64,000 nucleotides of DNA from Octopus sinensis. Lineage: Eukaryota. The position numbers and the translations under genes were made by a program. The stretch covers positions 37,324,001-37,388,000 of the forward strand of contig NC_043004.1 in assembly GCF_006345805.1 (NCBI RefSeq), read 5' to 3'. Numbering within the stretch: the first letter of the stretch is position 1; every line of letters starts with the position of its first letter. Under the pieces are notes generated by a model that was not told the DNA's origin, did not search any database, and saw nothing but the letters and a program-made list of their open reading frames with translations. Shown here piece by piece: positions 11,432 through 23,733 of this stretch.

Positions 11432-12499
11432 AGTTAACAAGAATGTATTGGCATTTATACATTTAGGCAGGTTTAAAGGGGTGTTGGTGGGGGGACTTTT
11501 GGGGGTAGGCATAGCGCAAAAAATCATACTTGGGGAGTGGTCAAGGAGTCAGTGTAAAATTAGATAGGAGAAAAAATAAAAAATAAAAAATAAAAAATAA
11601 AAAATAAAAAATAAAAAATAAAAATAGAAAATAGAAAATAAAAAATAAAAAATAAAAAATATAAAAAAATAAAAAAAATAATAATAAAAATAAAAAAATA
11701 AAAAAAAAAAATATATATATATATATATAAAGGGGGGATAGAGTTTTAGGTAAATAAGGAGATTCTCACTTATACCTCTACACATACACACATATATACG
11801 CTCACACATACATATACATATCTACACATACACATATATATGTATACATAACACACTCACTTGCATACACGTATACACATACTCACATACACGCATACAC
11901 ACACAAATCCATACACACACATGCACACAGCACACAAGTCCCTATATACACATATATACACATACACACATATATATACACCCACACATACACATACATA
12001 CACATTATATACATACATACACATACATATACACATATATATACATACACATATATATATATATATACACATATATATACATATGTGTACCCATGCATAC
12101 CTACACATACACACATATATATATACATATACAATACAGACCCATTCCCTAATTTTAATTTTATTATCTTCGTTTATTACTTTTGTTATCTTTGGCCGCT
12201 TGGTCACAAACATCTGGCTATGACAGCCAGACCATTTATCCGGCTACTGGAAAACAATTACTCATTCACTCACGCACACTCTTTAGCACGTACACTCACT
12301 CATTCGTACACTCATACGCATACACGCACGCACGCGTTATATTCATACATATATATCTACATACATTCACGTATATACACATACGTACGCGTACCTACAG
12401 ATTCATGTCTACACTCTTAGAAGGCTAGTCTATACATATACACCAATAAATATAAATACACCACACAATGTACACCTACATACAAATACATACATGTAC

Positions 12500-12547
<48 letters not shown>

Positions 12548-12946
12548 GCGTACCTACAGATTCATGTCTACACTCTTAGAAGGCTAGTCTATACATATAC
12601 ACCCATAAATATAAATACACACACATACATACATGTACACCTACATACAAATACATACATGTACATATACACACACATATATATATATTATATATATATT
12701 ATATATATATATATTATATATATATATATATTACATAATATATATTCATACTAACATGCATACTCAAAAAATAAGTAAATAGTAAATATATATACGCGCA
12801 GTTATTCATACATGCATACTCAAAATTAATATTAAGTATATGTACGTGCAGTTACCTATTATATAGACGGATACATACATATAATAAACTTACACACATA
12901 GATATATATATATATATACATATATATATACATATATATATATACG

Positions 12947-12980
<34 letters not shown>

Positions 12981-13190
12981 TATATGTGTGTATATGTGTA
13001 TATATATGTGTATGTGTATGTATATATATATATATATATATGTGTATATATATATATGTGTATATATATGTATGTGCGTGTGTGTGTGTGTGTGTGTATA
13101 TATGTAAATGTAAGTGTGTGTGCTTGTATGAGAATGTATGTGTTTGCACACATGTATATATATGTGTGTGTATGTGTGTGTGTATGTATA

Positions 13191-13228
<38 letters not shown>

Positions 13229-13502
13229 CATATATATATATGTATATATATGTGTATATGTGTGTGTATGTATATATATATGTGTATGTGAGTGTGTGTG
13301 TATACATGTGTGTATGTGTATGTATGTATGTATATATAGGCGTGTGCATGGGTATATGTATATGTACATATGCGCGTACGCTCGTGTGTTTATGTATGTG
13401 TAGGTACGTAGAGTTATCTATGTGTGTATTTATATGTACATGTGTAAGTATGTATATATATGTATGTATGTGTATGTATATGTATGTGTATGCGTGTGTG
13501 TG

Positions 13503-13570
<68 letters not shown>

Positions 13571-13849
13571 GTATGTATGTGTGTATGTGTATATGTAGGT
13601 GTATGTGTGTATGTATATGTTTATTTATATGTGTGTGTATATATGTATGTATATATATATGTATATATATATGTATATATATATATATATCTATGTGTGT
13701 AAGTTATTATATGTATGTATCCGTCTATATAATAGGTAACTGCACGTACATATACTTAATATTAATTTTGAGTATGCATGTATGAATAACTGCGCGTTAT
13801 ATATATTTACTATTACTTATTTTTGAGTATGCATGTTAGTATGAATATA

Positions 13850-13920
<71 letters not shown>

Positions 13921-14050
13921 TGTGTGTGTATATATGTACATGTGTGTATTTGTATGTAGGTGTACATGTATGTATGTGTGTTATTTATATTATGGGTGTA
14001 TATGTATAGACTAGCCTTCTAAGAGTGTAGACATGAATCTGTAGGTACGC

Positions 14051-14100
<50 letters not shown>

Positions 14101-14979
14101 GTACATGTATGTATTTGTATGTAGGTGTACATGTGTGTGTGTGTATTTATATTTATTGGTGTATATGTATAGACTAGCCTTCTAAGAGTGTAGACATGAA
14201 TCTGTAGGTACGCGTACGTATGTGTATATACGTGAATGTATGTAGATATATGTATGTATGAATATAACGCGTGCGTGCGTGTATGCGTATGAGTGTACGA
14301 ATGAGTGAGTGTACGTGCTAAAGAGTGTGCGTGAGTGAATGAGTAATTGTTTTCCAGTAGCCGGATAAATGGTCTGGCTGTCATAGCCAAGATGTTTGTG
14401 ACCAAGCGGCCAAAGATAACAAAAGTAATAAACGAAGATAATAAAATTAAAATTAGGGAATGGGTCTGTATTTGTATATGTATATATATATGTGTGTATG
14501 TGTAGGTATGCATGGGTACACATATGTATATATATGTGTATATATATATATTATGGTCTGTATATATATGTGTATATGTATGTGTATGTATGTATATGGT
14601 ATGTGTATATGTATAATATGTGTATGTATGTGTATGTGTGGGTGTATATATATGTGTGTATGTGTATATATGTGTATATAGGGACTTGTGTGCTGTGTGT
14701 GCATGTGTGTGTATGGATTTGTGTGTGTATGCGTGTATGTGAGTATGTGTGTGTATGTGTATATATATATTTTTCTGTGGGTATTAATGATGTGTGGTCG
14801 TGTGGTATATATACATGTGTGTATACGTGTATGCAAGTGAGTGTGGTATGTATACATATATATGTGTATGGTGATATGTATTATATGTATGTGTGAGCGT
14901 ATATATGTGTGTATGTGTAGAGGTATAAGTGAGAATCTCCTATTTACCTAAAACTCTATTCCCCCCTTTATATATATAT

Positions 14980-15010
<31 letters not shown>

Positions 15011-15267
15011 TTTATTTTTTATTTTTATTATTATTTTTTTATTTTTTATTTTTTTATATTTTTTTATTTTTATTTTCTATTTTCTATTTTTTATTTTTAT
15101 TTTTATTTTTATTTTTATTTTTATTTTTTCTCCTATCTAATTTTACACTGACTCCTTGACCACTCCCCCAAGTATGATTTTTTGCGCTATGCCTCCCAAA
15201 AAAGTCCCCCACCAACACCCCTTTAAACCTGCCTAAATGTATAAATGCCAATACAATCTTGTTAACT

Positions 15268-15318
15268 AGCTTCCTGAAGATTTCTCTTGAATGAAACAGT
15301 TCTAGTCCTGTAGAAGCT
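15268..15318 (+). ncRNA. Putative type I hammerhead ribozyme (Penelope-like pLTR type)
   Basis: AGCTTC-CTGAAGA-TTTCTCTTGAAT-GAAA-CAG-TTCTAGTC-CT-GTA-GAAGCT: perfect 6-bp stem I, CUGANGA and GAAA core, short stem II, 4-bp stem III, GUA triplet; AATAAA at 15329-15334. Confidence 0.72.
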
Positions 15319-15400
15319 CCTTCTATATAATAAATTAATTTTACTCTGCTATGTATTGAGTACCTTATTTACTGTGGTTAACCCCGAATCAACCGGGACC

Positions 15401-15403
15401 TAC

Positions 15404-15434
<31 letters not shown>

Positions 15435-15655
15435 TATATATACACACGCACACATATATATATATATATACACGCACACATATATATATATACACACACA
15501 CACGCACACACATATATATATATACACACACACACATATATATATACACACACACACACACACATATATATATACACACACACACACACATATATATATA
15601 TAATATATATATACACACACACACGTATAAGCACATATACACAAACATATACTTA
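15401..15655. repeat. (CA)n/(TA)n compound microsatellite
   Basis: Directly visible. Confidence 0.95.
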
Positions 15656-15934
15656 CATGCATGAACATATATGCCCATAGCTTTCCTATGCACATGCTCA
15701 TATGTGAGCAGCTATAAGGAAACATACACAAGCAGCAACATGTGCCTCTGTTCTTGAACCTCCTTCATAAAGGTGGCATGAGAGGTGGGTGCTTTATTTA
15801 TATATAGAAAGATTGAAGTGCCATTCAGGAAAAGACAGTCTGTCTGAAAAGAAGACAACAGCTTTGGACAGGTGTTGCTGTTCGAAAGGAATCATCATTG
15901 CCCTACCTTCTTCAGCAGAAGAACAAGATATATA

Positions 15935-16238
15935 GACATATCACCGTGACTGACCAGGCTATCAGATGTTGCTACACATCACTGGCCACAATGCGCTTCG
16001 CATTGTTTTAGCCTTCAAATGACGCCACCCCGCTGGCTAAGCGAGCAGGCCAACAGAAGAAAGAGTGAGAGAAAGTTGCGGTGAAAGAGTACAGCAGGGG
16101 TCGCCACCACTCTCTGCCAGAGCCTCATGGAGCTTTAGGTGTTTTCGCTCAATAAACACTCACAATGCCCGGTCTGGGAATCGAAACCGCGATCCTACGA
16201 CCGCGAGTCCACTGCCCTAACCGCTGGGCCATTGCGCC
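15935..16238 (-). mobile_element. tRNA-derived SINE (head GGCGCAATGGCCCAGCGG)
   Basis: Head is the reverse complement of that at 42670; A- and B-box-like motifs. Confidence 0.85.
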
Positions 16239-16469
16239 TCCACACACAGACATATACAAAAAAAAAAAAGAAAAAGAGTAGAACATATTTATAGCCCAAG
16301 GTAATTTACATATCTTCAGGCATAGGGGGGCCTCACTGAGGGGATGACAGGGGCTGAGGCTCCTGGTAGTTTGCTGTGCTTGAGAAGACATGTCAAGGTA
16401 AGTAAAAACATGGTTGTCCTAGAATACAGACATGTCCCCTTCATCCCTTTCCTGCTGAGCATTTCTGAT

Positions 16470-17056
16470 CTTGCAGGCTCGTGGGTGCCGTGTGCTGCAT
16501 AAAAAGCACCCAGTGGCACTCTGTAAAGTGGTTGGCATTAGGAAGGGCATCTAGTCTTAGACACCATGCCAAACTCCTTTTTCAAACTCCACCCGTCTAA
16601 CACCCATGGACATATTTACAAAGTCAGAAAACAGCACAGCTCCCATGACTTTAGAAAACATTTTTTCACGCTGAGAGTTGCTGAGGCACGGAACAAACTG
16701 CCGGCATCAGTTGCTAGTTGTCGGAGCACTGCATCCTTCAAAACTTCCATGCTTTCTGAGATTCGCCAACACTACACCTGATTTTCTCCCCTCCATACAC
16801 ACACCAGCATGTATCTGACTCATACATTTTTCCCTTTCCAGACATTTGTACATTACTGCATATACTCTATACGCACTTTCTAACAAGTTTTGGTGCACTT
16901 AAGCACTGTATACAATAATTTCATTATTATTATTATTATTAAAGTAGACAGGGAGCCTGGGAAGCTCTTCAGCTGGCTAGCTCTTGCCAAACCATCCAAC
17001 CCATGCCAGCATGGAAAACAGATGTTAAAGGATGACAATGATGATGCTGATGATGA
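16470..17056 (+). mobile_element. RTE 3'UTR/tail copy interrupted by a CR1 fragment
   Basis: GTGGTTGGCATTAGGAAGGGCATC before 16560 and CCAACCCATGCCAGCATGGAAAAC...(GAT)n after 16940. Confidence 0.8.
16575..16940 (+). mobile_element. CR1/L2-group LINE 3' end with (ATT)n tail
   Basis: THGHIYKVRKQHSSHDFRKHFFTLRVAEARNKLPASVASCRSTASFK matches the TRGH...RKxFFSxRVxxxWNxLP ORF2 terminus; ends (ATT)n at ~16922-16940. Confidence 0.85.
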
Positions 17057-17129
17057 TGATAACTGAGTGCCATCAGTGGTATGTAAGTAAAGTGGAAATA
17101 ATTTTGACAAATCAAGAATTTACCATTTT

Positions 17130-17572
17130 AATTTAGACACAAGTTTTGAAAGGAGAGGGTCAGTCACCCATAGACCCCAGTACTTCTCTGGTACTTGGGT
17201 CTATCAACCCCACAAGCAAGAAAGGTAAAGTTAACCTCAGGGAGATTTGAACTCAAAACATGAAGAGCTGAAGAAATTCCACAGGGTTGTTTTTTTTTGT
17301 CCAACATTCTAACAATTCCTACCCAACCACCACCCCTAATAACAATAGTTTCAAACTTAAGTACGAGGCCAGCAAATTTGAGGCGATGGTGGGGGGAAGT
17401 TTAGTCAATATCATGAATTTCAGAACTTGACTGGTACTTCATTTTCTTGACTCCAAAGAAATGAAAGGTAAATTTGGCTGCAGTAGGGTTTGAACTCAGA
17501 AAGCAAACAGCTAGAAGAGATTGCGCAGGTATTTTTGTCCGACGCTCTAAGGGTTCTGTGCATCCATCACCC
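17130..17572 (-). mobile_element. Two adjacent old SINE copies (same family as 9017-9244)
   Basis: Each contains a degenerate CTGGTACTT...GAAAGGTAAA...ATTTGAACTCA. Confidence 0.6.
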
Positions 17573-17636
17573 TAAAAACAATTATAATTAATTAATAAAT
17601 AATGAAAAGTTTCGGGAATATTGAGGACACAAACTG

Positions 17637-17668
<32 letters not shown>

Positions 17669-18019
17669 TCTTTGAAAAAAAATTGTTTCCGGATTGTAAT
17701 GTATGTAAGAAAAAAAACTTTCGGAAAAAAAAGTCAAAACTGAAAGTTACAAAACACGACTAATATAGCTGTGCATTAGGATCGAACCAGAGACCGAATG
17801 GCGAAGAGAACAATTATATACGTGCTTAAAATATTGAGTGAATGTGGAATCGGATAAAGATTTTACGAGGAGCAAGTGACGATTTGCTCGAGATTTATTA
17901 AATATTTTGATATGCTTTTCAATTAGGATTTAAAATTTTTATTACCTTAACTTGTATTAGTAAATTTTTTTCATCGTAAAAATATTTTTGAAACTTCACT
18001 TTTTTTTAACGTAAACTTG

Positions 18020-18337
18020 GGTACTACTTGACAACAGTGGTCCCGGTGCGCGCGCTCGCATACTCGCGCATCCGCGCTTGCTAGTCGTGACTAGTCGATC
18101 CTTACTTTGTGTTTCTGTGTTTTATTTAATTTGTTTAAAAAATCATTTAGTTTGTGTTTTTGCGTTTTATTTACTTTGTTTAACAAAAATTATTTACTTT
18201 GTGTAAAAAAATTATTTATTTTGTGTTTTATTTACTTTGCTAGGTAGTCGTTGTAGGATCGACTAGTCACGACTAGGTAGCGCGGATGCGCGACTGCGCG
18301 TGTGCGCGCACCGGGACCACTGTTCGCTAGTAGTACC
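18020..18337. mobile_element. Mutator-like MITE, 318 bp, 83-bp TIRs, 9-bp TSD
   Basis: TIRs 18020-18102 and 18255-18337 match at 73/83 positions by manual alignment; GTAAACTTG duplicated at 18011-18019 and 18338-18346; AT-rich repetitive interior. Confidence 0.9.
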
Positions 18338-18349
18338 GTAAACTTGACT

Positions 18350-18963
18350 AGAAGCTATAAAACTCCGCTGTTATTAGACACGGACCAGCGTTATATAAAC
18401 CTCAATAACTCCCAATGTGGTTTCGTCTCCAGAAACTCTTAAAGGCCTCCGCCACCGCCGCCATTTCAACAAGTTCCGCATTAAATGACTTCCGTTATCG
18501 TCGACGGCGACTGACGAGACTTTAACAACGAAATGACACTTTCTTTCGACAAACTATTTCTCTTGTTTAACATCACTTAACAACAACAGTCGGAGTAAAA
18601 ATGTCAGTGACAAGGCAAAGAGTGGTAGCAGCTGAGTGAATCTTTATTTGTTGTCCACTGCTGCTACTATCGCTCCGTCTCCGCCATTGATCGAGAAGAA
18701 ACTGTCTTAAGGACATTTTGTCGATTCGTTTCTCATTTGTAGCCGTGGAACACAGCCACATCAAACATCTATCATGTAGATCAGACAACTTAACCGTATT
18801 TACATACATGCCTGTTACAATAACACGCATATATGTGATATTATTTTACTTATGTAACGAATTATTGCTAATTTATGCCTAGTACATAACACAAGTTTTA
18901 TAACATTAGAGTTTCGATCAGACAAGTATTTTTCTAGCAGTGGAAGACTTCTTCGGTTCAATA
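18350..18963 (+). promoter_or_regulatory. CpG-enriched promoter/5' leader of INTS6
   Basis: CpG-rich relative to the window; YY1-like GCCGCCATTT at 18457-18466; ETS-like ACTTCCG near 18488; possible acceptor TTTCTAGCAG ending 18940. TSS not determined. Confidence 0.55.
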
Positions 18964-19074
18964 ATGACGATCATATTGTTTCTTATTGATACGAGTTCAT
19001 CGATGAACCAACGCACCTACATTGGAACCAGTCTCATAGATGTAGCCAAGGCGGCCGTCGAGACATTTATGAAG
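18964..19074 (+). CDS. INTS6: Integrator complex subunit 6, coding exon 1
   Basis: MTIILFLIDTSSSMNQRTYIGTSLIDVAKAAVETFMK|gtaaat; matches the INTS6 vWA N-terminus (human MPILLFLIDTSASMNQR). Confidence 0.97.
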
Positions 19075-19423
19075 GTAAATATATATTTACTCTGCTCATA
19101 ACACTACTGAACACTTCATTTGAATTCTTTTCAAACTCAACCTCTCACCAGATTATTTTTATTCGTTGCACTTTATCGAACATTTTACCGATAAAAAAAA
19201 AACATAAAATCAATTCTATTTGTTTGTCTTTTCAAAAGCGTCCAGAAACTAACATTGCAACGTAGAGTTGTTCCTGCTATTTGTCTTTCACCACTTTTTT
19301 TACTACTTTGAATTAGCATAACACGTCTTTCTTGCCATATTTCTTTTTTTTTTTTTTTTTAATCATTCTTACGTGTAAAACCCTGTATTTTTAGTTTGTT
19401 GATATCTTTTCTTTATTACTCAG

Positions 19424-19501
19424 ATTCGTTCTCGCGATCCAGTGTGTCGATGGGACAGATATATGCTGTTAACTTTCGAAGAGCCACCAGCAAATGTTAA
19501 G
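19424..19501 (+). CDS. INTS6: INTS6 exon 2
   Basis: cag|IRSRDPVCRWDRYMLLTFEEPPANVK|gtaaac. Confidence 0.97.
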
Positions 19502-21051
19502 GTAAACAACACAACCATCAAAATAAATCTCTAACGAAGCTTATTTTTAATTCTCCATCCCGAAACCGACGTGTCCATCTGTTTACATCGTTTCCCTTAA
19601 TTCTTCTGCCTTTGTTATTTAAAAGTATTTCCTACTCTCTCCATTCTTTTACTTCTCTCTTTGCCGCCATATTAGTGTTTAAAGGGAATTCTGGGTAAAA
19701 CCCTCTCCCTCCCCCGATCATTCACTGCGTTTCTCCCCGATTAAAGATTAAACTTGATTGATTAAATAATGTTAGTTTATCAACAATCATTATTAATATT
19801 ATTGTTTAATCAAACAGCAATATAAATTTTTGTTAAGGTTTATTAAAAAGTATTCATAAAACTATGTTTACATAGATTTAGACAATATCTTTATTGTATG
19901 ACATAACTACACTTTGGTATGTGTCCCACCCCTGACTTTGTTTCCGCATAACTTTCCGAAAAATTTGATTAGTTTTTCACGAAATTTTACAGAAATACAT
20001 TTTTGCGAGAATGTTGATCATAATTATGTCGACGACCTTAAAACAATTTTTTTTTCAAGAACTTTCTGATCATTGTTCTTCAACCTCCGACTTCATTTCC
20101 TTCACAACTCTCTTTAAAATGTTTAGTTTTAAATGACAAATACGTTACATAATGTTGAAACAAATCCAGGAAGAAAAAGCTGGAAAGCTGGTGACAGTTG
20201 TGCCATGGAGAGGGTGTTGAACTGTCTGAAACTCTTTAAAAAATTTATTTTATTGATATAATAGTAAGCTACACACTCGAAAATAAATAGTGACGGTATT
20301 TCATTCGGATATGTGAATTTTTCAAAAAGTAATAAAGAATTAAAATCTTGAGACACAACTGAAGTTATGTCAAAAGTGGGCTGTGTTTTCAAAACACCTG
20401 ATGGAAGTTTGATTTCAATTTGTTAGTTGAATAGCATATGTGATGTACTCGAACACAGCAAGTAGATTTTAGATACATTTATATATATATATATATGTAT
20501 GTATGTATATGTATATATATATGTGTGTATATATTGTAACATTTGACCACTCATTTCTCTTTGCATTAAGAGACTTTATGTGAAGGTGAGAGAGAGAAAT
20601 ATTGCATAGACAATGTGTATTTTGGAGTATATTTCTTCGAAACTTTCAGTTCTTGAAGAATACTTAGACAAAATAATGAAATATGCATTCAGTAATAAAG
20701 TATTATGATCTTTTGAGGGGCAGCTATTCCAAAATTCTGCCAGAGAATAAAAGGCTTTGTATTGTCCCCATCACTATCCAACATACATGTTTGCTGGCAT
20801 GGGTTGGGTAGTTTGATAGGATCCAACAGCTCCTAGAACTGCATCACACTCCTGTTTCTACAGCCCGGTGCCTTTCCTAATACCAAACACTTTACAGCAC
20901 ATGTTGGGTGCTATTTTCATGGCACCAGCACTAGTGAGGTCAGCAGTCTGCAAAACTAAGATTACCATTGACTGAAGGAGGTGGCTTTATCCTATGAGAT
21001 GAGGGTTAAAGTGAGAGAGAAAGGAACAAGTTGCTTGCTGTAAAGGAGTTA

Positions 21052-21292
21052 CATCATCATCATCATCATTTAACGTCCACTTTCCATGCTAGCATGGGTT
21101 GGACGGTTCGACCGGGGTCTGGTAAGCCAGGAGGCTGCACCAGGCTCCAGTCTGATCTGGCAGTTTTTCTGCAGCTGGATGCCCTTCCTAATGCCAACCA
21201 CTCCCAGAATGTAGTGGGTGCTTTTTACGTGCCAGGTGAGGCTGGCGATGGCCACGATCGGTTGGTGCTTTTTGCGTGCCACTGGCACGGAA
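21052..21292 (-). mobile_element. RTE 3'UTR/tail copy
   Basis: (CAT)n-TTAACGTCC...CTGGATGCCCTTCCT...GTGCC, reverse of the 3' end of the 6644-8301 LINE. Confidence 0.85.
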
Positions 21293-21419
21293 GACATGGT
21301 TACTTATATTAAAATGAGAAGGTGGAACTGGAAAGAGATAAAAAATAGTGGTAATGAGTGCTAGTGTTCAATGATACATGAGTTAGTGAGATAGTAGATA
21401 ACAGCAAAGAAAAGCAAAA

Positions 21420-23130
21420 TCATAATTAACATCATTTAATGTCCATTTTCCGTGCAGTCATGGGTCGGATGAGACCAGAGCTGGCAAGGCTACACAAGGC
21501 TCCCTTGTCCTGGCGGGTTTTCTATGGCTTGATGCCCTTCCTAATGCTGGCCACTTGACAGTGTACTGGGTGTTTTTTATGTGGCACCATCACCTGTACT
21601 TTTTACATGGCAACAATAAATGATAATGGTACAGGGGAGAAATAGAAAGATGACGTGATAATTTGGTGGCTCAGTAGGGTGATCATTGTAAAAGGTGGGT
21701 GGAGAAGACAGAATTAAGAATGGAAGAGGGATAATAGTGAAATAGTTTGATAGTAATGGGATAATTGGTATCAGGGAAAAGCAGAATAGTGCAATTAGGG
21801 AAATAATGGATGTTAGAAATATCTTGAGGAGGATATATGAGATGGATAGGGGGTAGTTTTGTTTACAGGATCTTGGTTTTTCCACACTGATTAGGTCTTT
21901 TCAAGAATTGCATGTTGCTAGTCATCCCAGCCTTTTGTCGTCAATCTTTACCTTTTCACCCCATGCCTTCCTGGATCTCCCTCTTCTGCAAGATCCACCC
22001 ATATTAAACTTCTTTATACTCATCAATATGCATCACATCTTCTTTCTTGCACACTGCATCAGATTGCTCTTTTGCTCAGCCTTTCTTGTTAATGCTTTAT
22101 CCTTCATGCACACTTGCATTGCATATCCAACAATGCATGCTAGCTTTATTTCTTTCCAGTCTTCTCAAATCCTCTACATTCAAGGCACATGTCCCCACTG
22201 TCATGCAGCATTGCAGTAGTAACACAAGCATTGTACAATTTGTCCTTCATTCTGAGGGAGATCTTCGTTGTCAACCATGAAAAAAAGATTTCTAAACTTA
22301 ACCTGGTGTTTAAAACATAAATTTTCATGCAAGTTTTTTTAATTTATCACATTAAATCTGGAAGTTTGTATCCTGGCACCAAGGGCATTCTCAAATGGTT
22401 TGGTATCAAAACAGTGAAAAGAACTGTAGCACTACCCTCTTCCTGACACTATGAAATAAAAACCATATAAGAAATGTTATTCATCATCATCATTTAGCAT
22501 CCGTGTTCCATGCTAGCATGGGTGGGCTGGTACCACAAGAGCCAACCAGGCCGAAGCCTGCACCAGACTTCTGTGACTGTTATGGCAGGATTTTTACAGT
22601 TGAATGTCCTTCATAACACCAACCACTCAGCAAAGTGGAATTAGTGCTTTTTATGTGGCACAAGCACAGACGAGGTCAGTTTTGGCAAGGTTTTTACAGC
22701 CGTTTGCCCTTCCGAACACCAACCACTTTACAGTGTGGATTGGATGCTTTTAAGTGGCACCTGCATTGACAGGATCACCAAGTACATGCAAGACAAAAAC
22801 TTTTAAGAGGTGGGGAGGAGGTGATGATGAAAAGGTTATAGTGCGACAGATATAGGTGTCTATGGTTACCTGGCCAGAGAGAGAAAGATCAGGAATGAAG
22901 ACAGAAACAGATATGCTCCTACAAAGAAAATATGCAGTTGTGTGCAACAGGAGGAGAGAGAAAAAGTGGGAGACTGCAGGATGGAAATGGTGGCAAAATA
23001 CCAGGCATGCTCACAAGGAGTGGGGATCAGAGTAAAAATGAGATGGTTGAGTAAAGGAAGAGAGAGATACAGATAGTGGCAAGTGCCAGGGCATACCCTT
23101 GAGGTTCAAATGCCATAAGTGACAGGATAT
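21420..23130 (-). mobile_element. Cluster of decayed RTE ORF-end and tail fragments
   Basis: Tails near 21428 and 22482; ORF remnant KISLRMKDKLYNACVTTAMLH (22146-22328). Confidence 0.65.
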
Positions 23131-23583
23131 TGCGAAGGGAGTGCAATTAATCATCTTTATTGCTTGCTCATCTAGAGATTTGTAAATGGCTATTTTTCCT
23201 GTGCCATTTTGTCTTGCAGAAGACAGTCATGTTTTGCAATTTATTTGATATTATATCATATTATTTTTCAATTAATTATTCACTAGTTATGTGCATCGTT
23301 AAGTAGTTAAATATTCGGCCAGTTTACTGTACATAACTTATTTTTTGCAATTTTTCTTTTTAAGTACTGAATCTCCATCATGTATAGAATATGCTTGTCT
23401 TTTGCCTATCGAGCAAAAAGCATTGCTGTGCTATTTATTTTAATAGTTTTACATTAGTTTCACCAATTCTATGACCATGCCTATTGGTCTCTTTTATTTT
23501 CAAATTCATTGAATCTAGTTGTCCCAACAATTATGAAATGATACTATCTGAAATTTCATAAATGAAATATTTTAATTTTTCAG

Positions 23584-23733
23584 GCTGGTTGGAAAGAGTC
23601 TCATGCAACTTTCATGAATGAATTAAAAAATTTAAAAGCCGATGGCCTAACAGTGTTAGGAGCATCTCTCAAGCATGCATTTGATCTTCTCAATATGAAT
23701 CGAATGCAGTCTGGCATAGACACTTATGGTCAG
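23584..23733 (+). CDS. INTS6: INTS6 exon 3
   Basis: cag|AGWKESHATFMNELKNLKADGLTVLGASLKHAFDLLNMNRMQSGIDTYGQ|gtaaaa. Confidence 0.97.

Larger units (their letters stand above)
11364..15335. repeat. ~4 kb inverted repeat: arms ~11364-12950 and ~13620-15335 around a TG/TA-rich spacer
   Basis: Unique segments are reverse complements, e.g. ATTTATTATATAGAAGGAGCTTCTACAGG at 11364 vs CCTGTAGAAGCTCCTTCTATATAATAAAT ending 15335; GGCCGCTTGGTCACAAAC (~12195) vs GTTTGTGACCAAGCGGCC (~14395). Confidence 0.93.

Noticed and set aside
11122-15731. Many Y/I/H/T-rich ORFs
   Set aside because: Microsatellite frames inside and around the palindrome
17630-17900. Divergent minus-strand transcript (poly-T + ACAG acceptor at 17634)
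   Set aside because: No coding exon or convincing donor found; cannot be supported without RNA data
18490-18545. Hammerhead-like core CTGACGAG...CGAAA in the INTS6 leader
   Set aside because: Stem II does not pair, and the only stem I hairpin (GTCG/CGAC) consumes the conserved C3; probably chance
19900-20400. Possible TIR element in INTS6 intron 2
   Set aside because: The putative termini match only patchily and no TSD was identified
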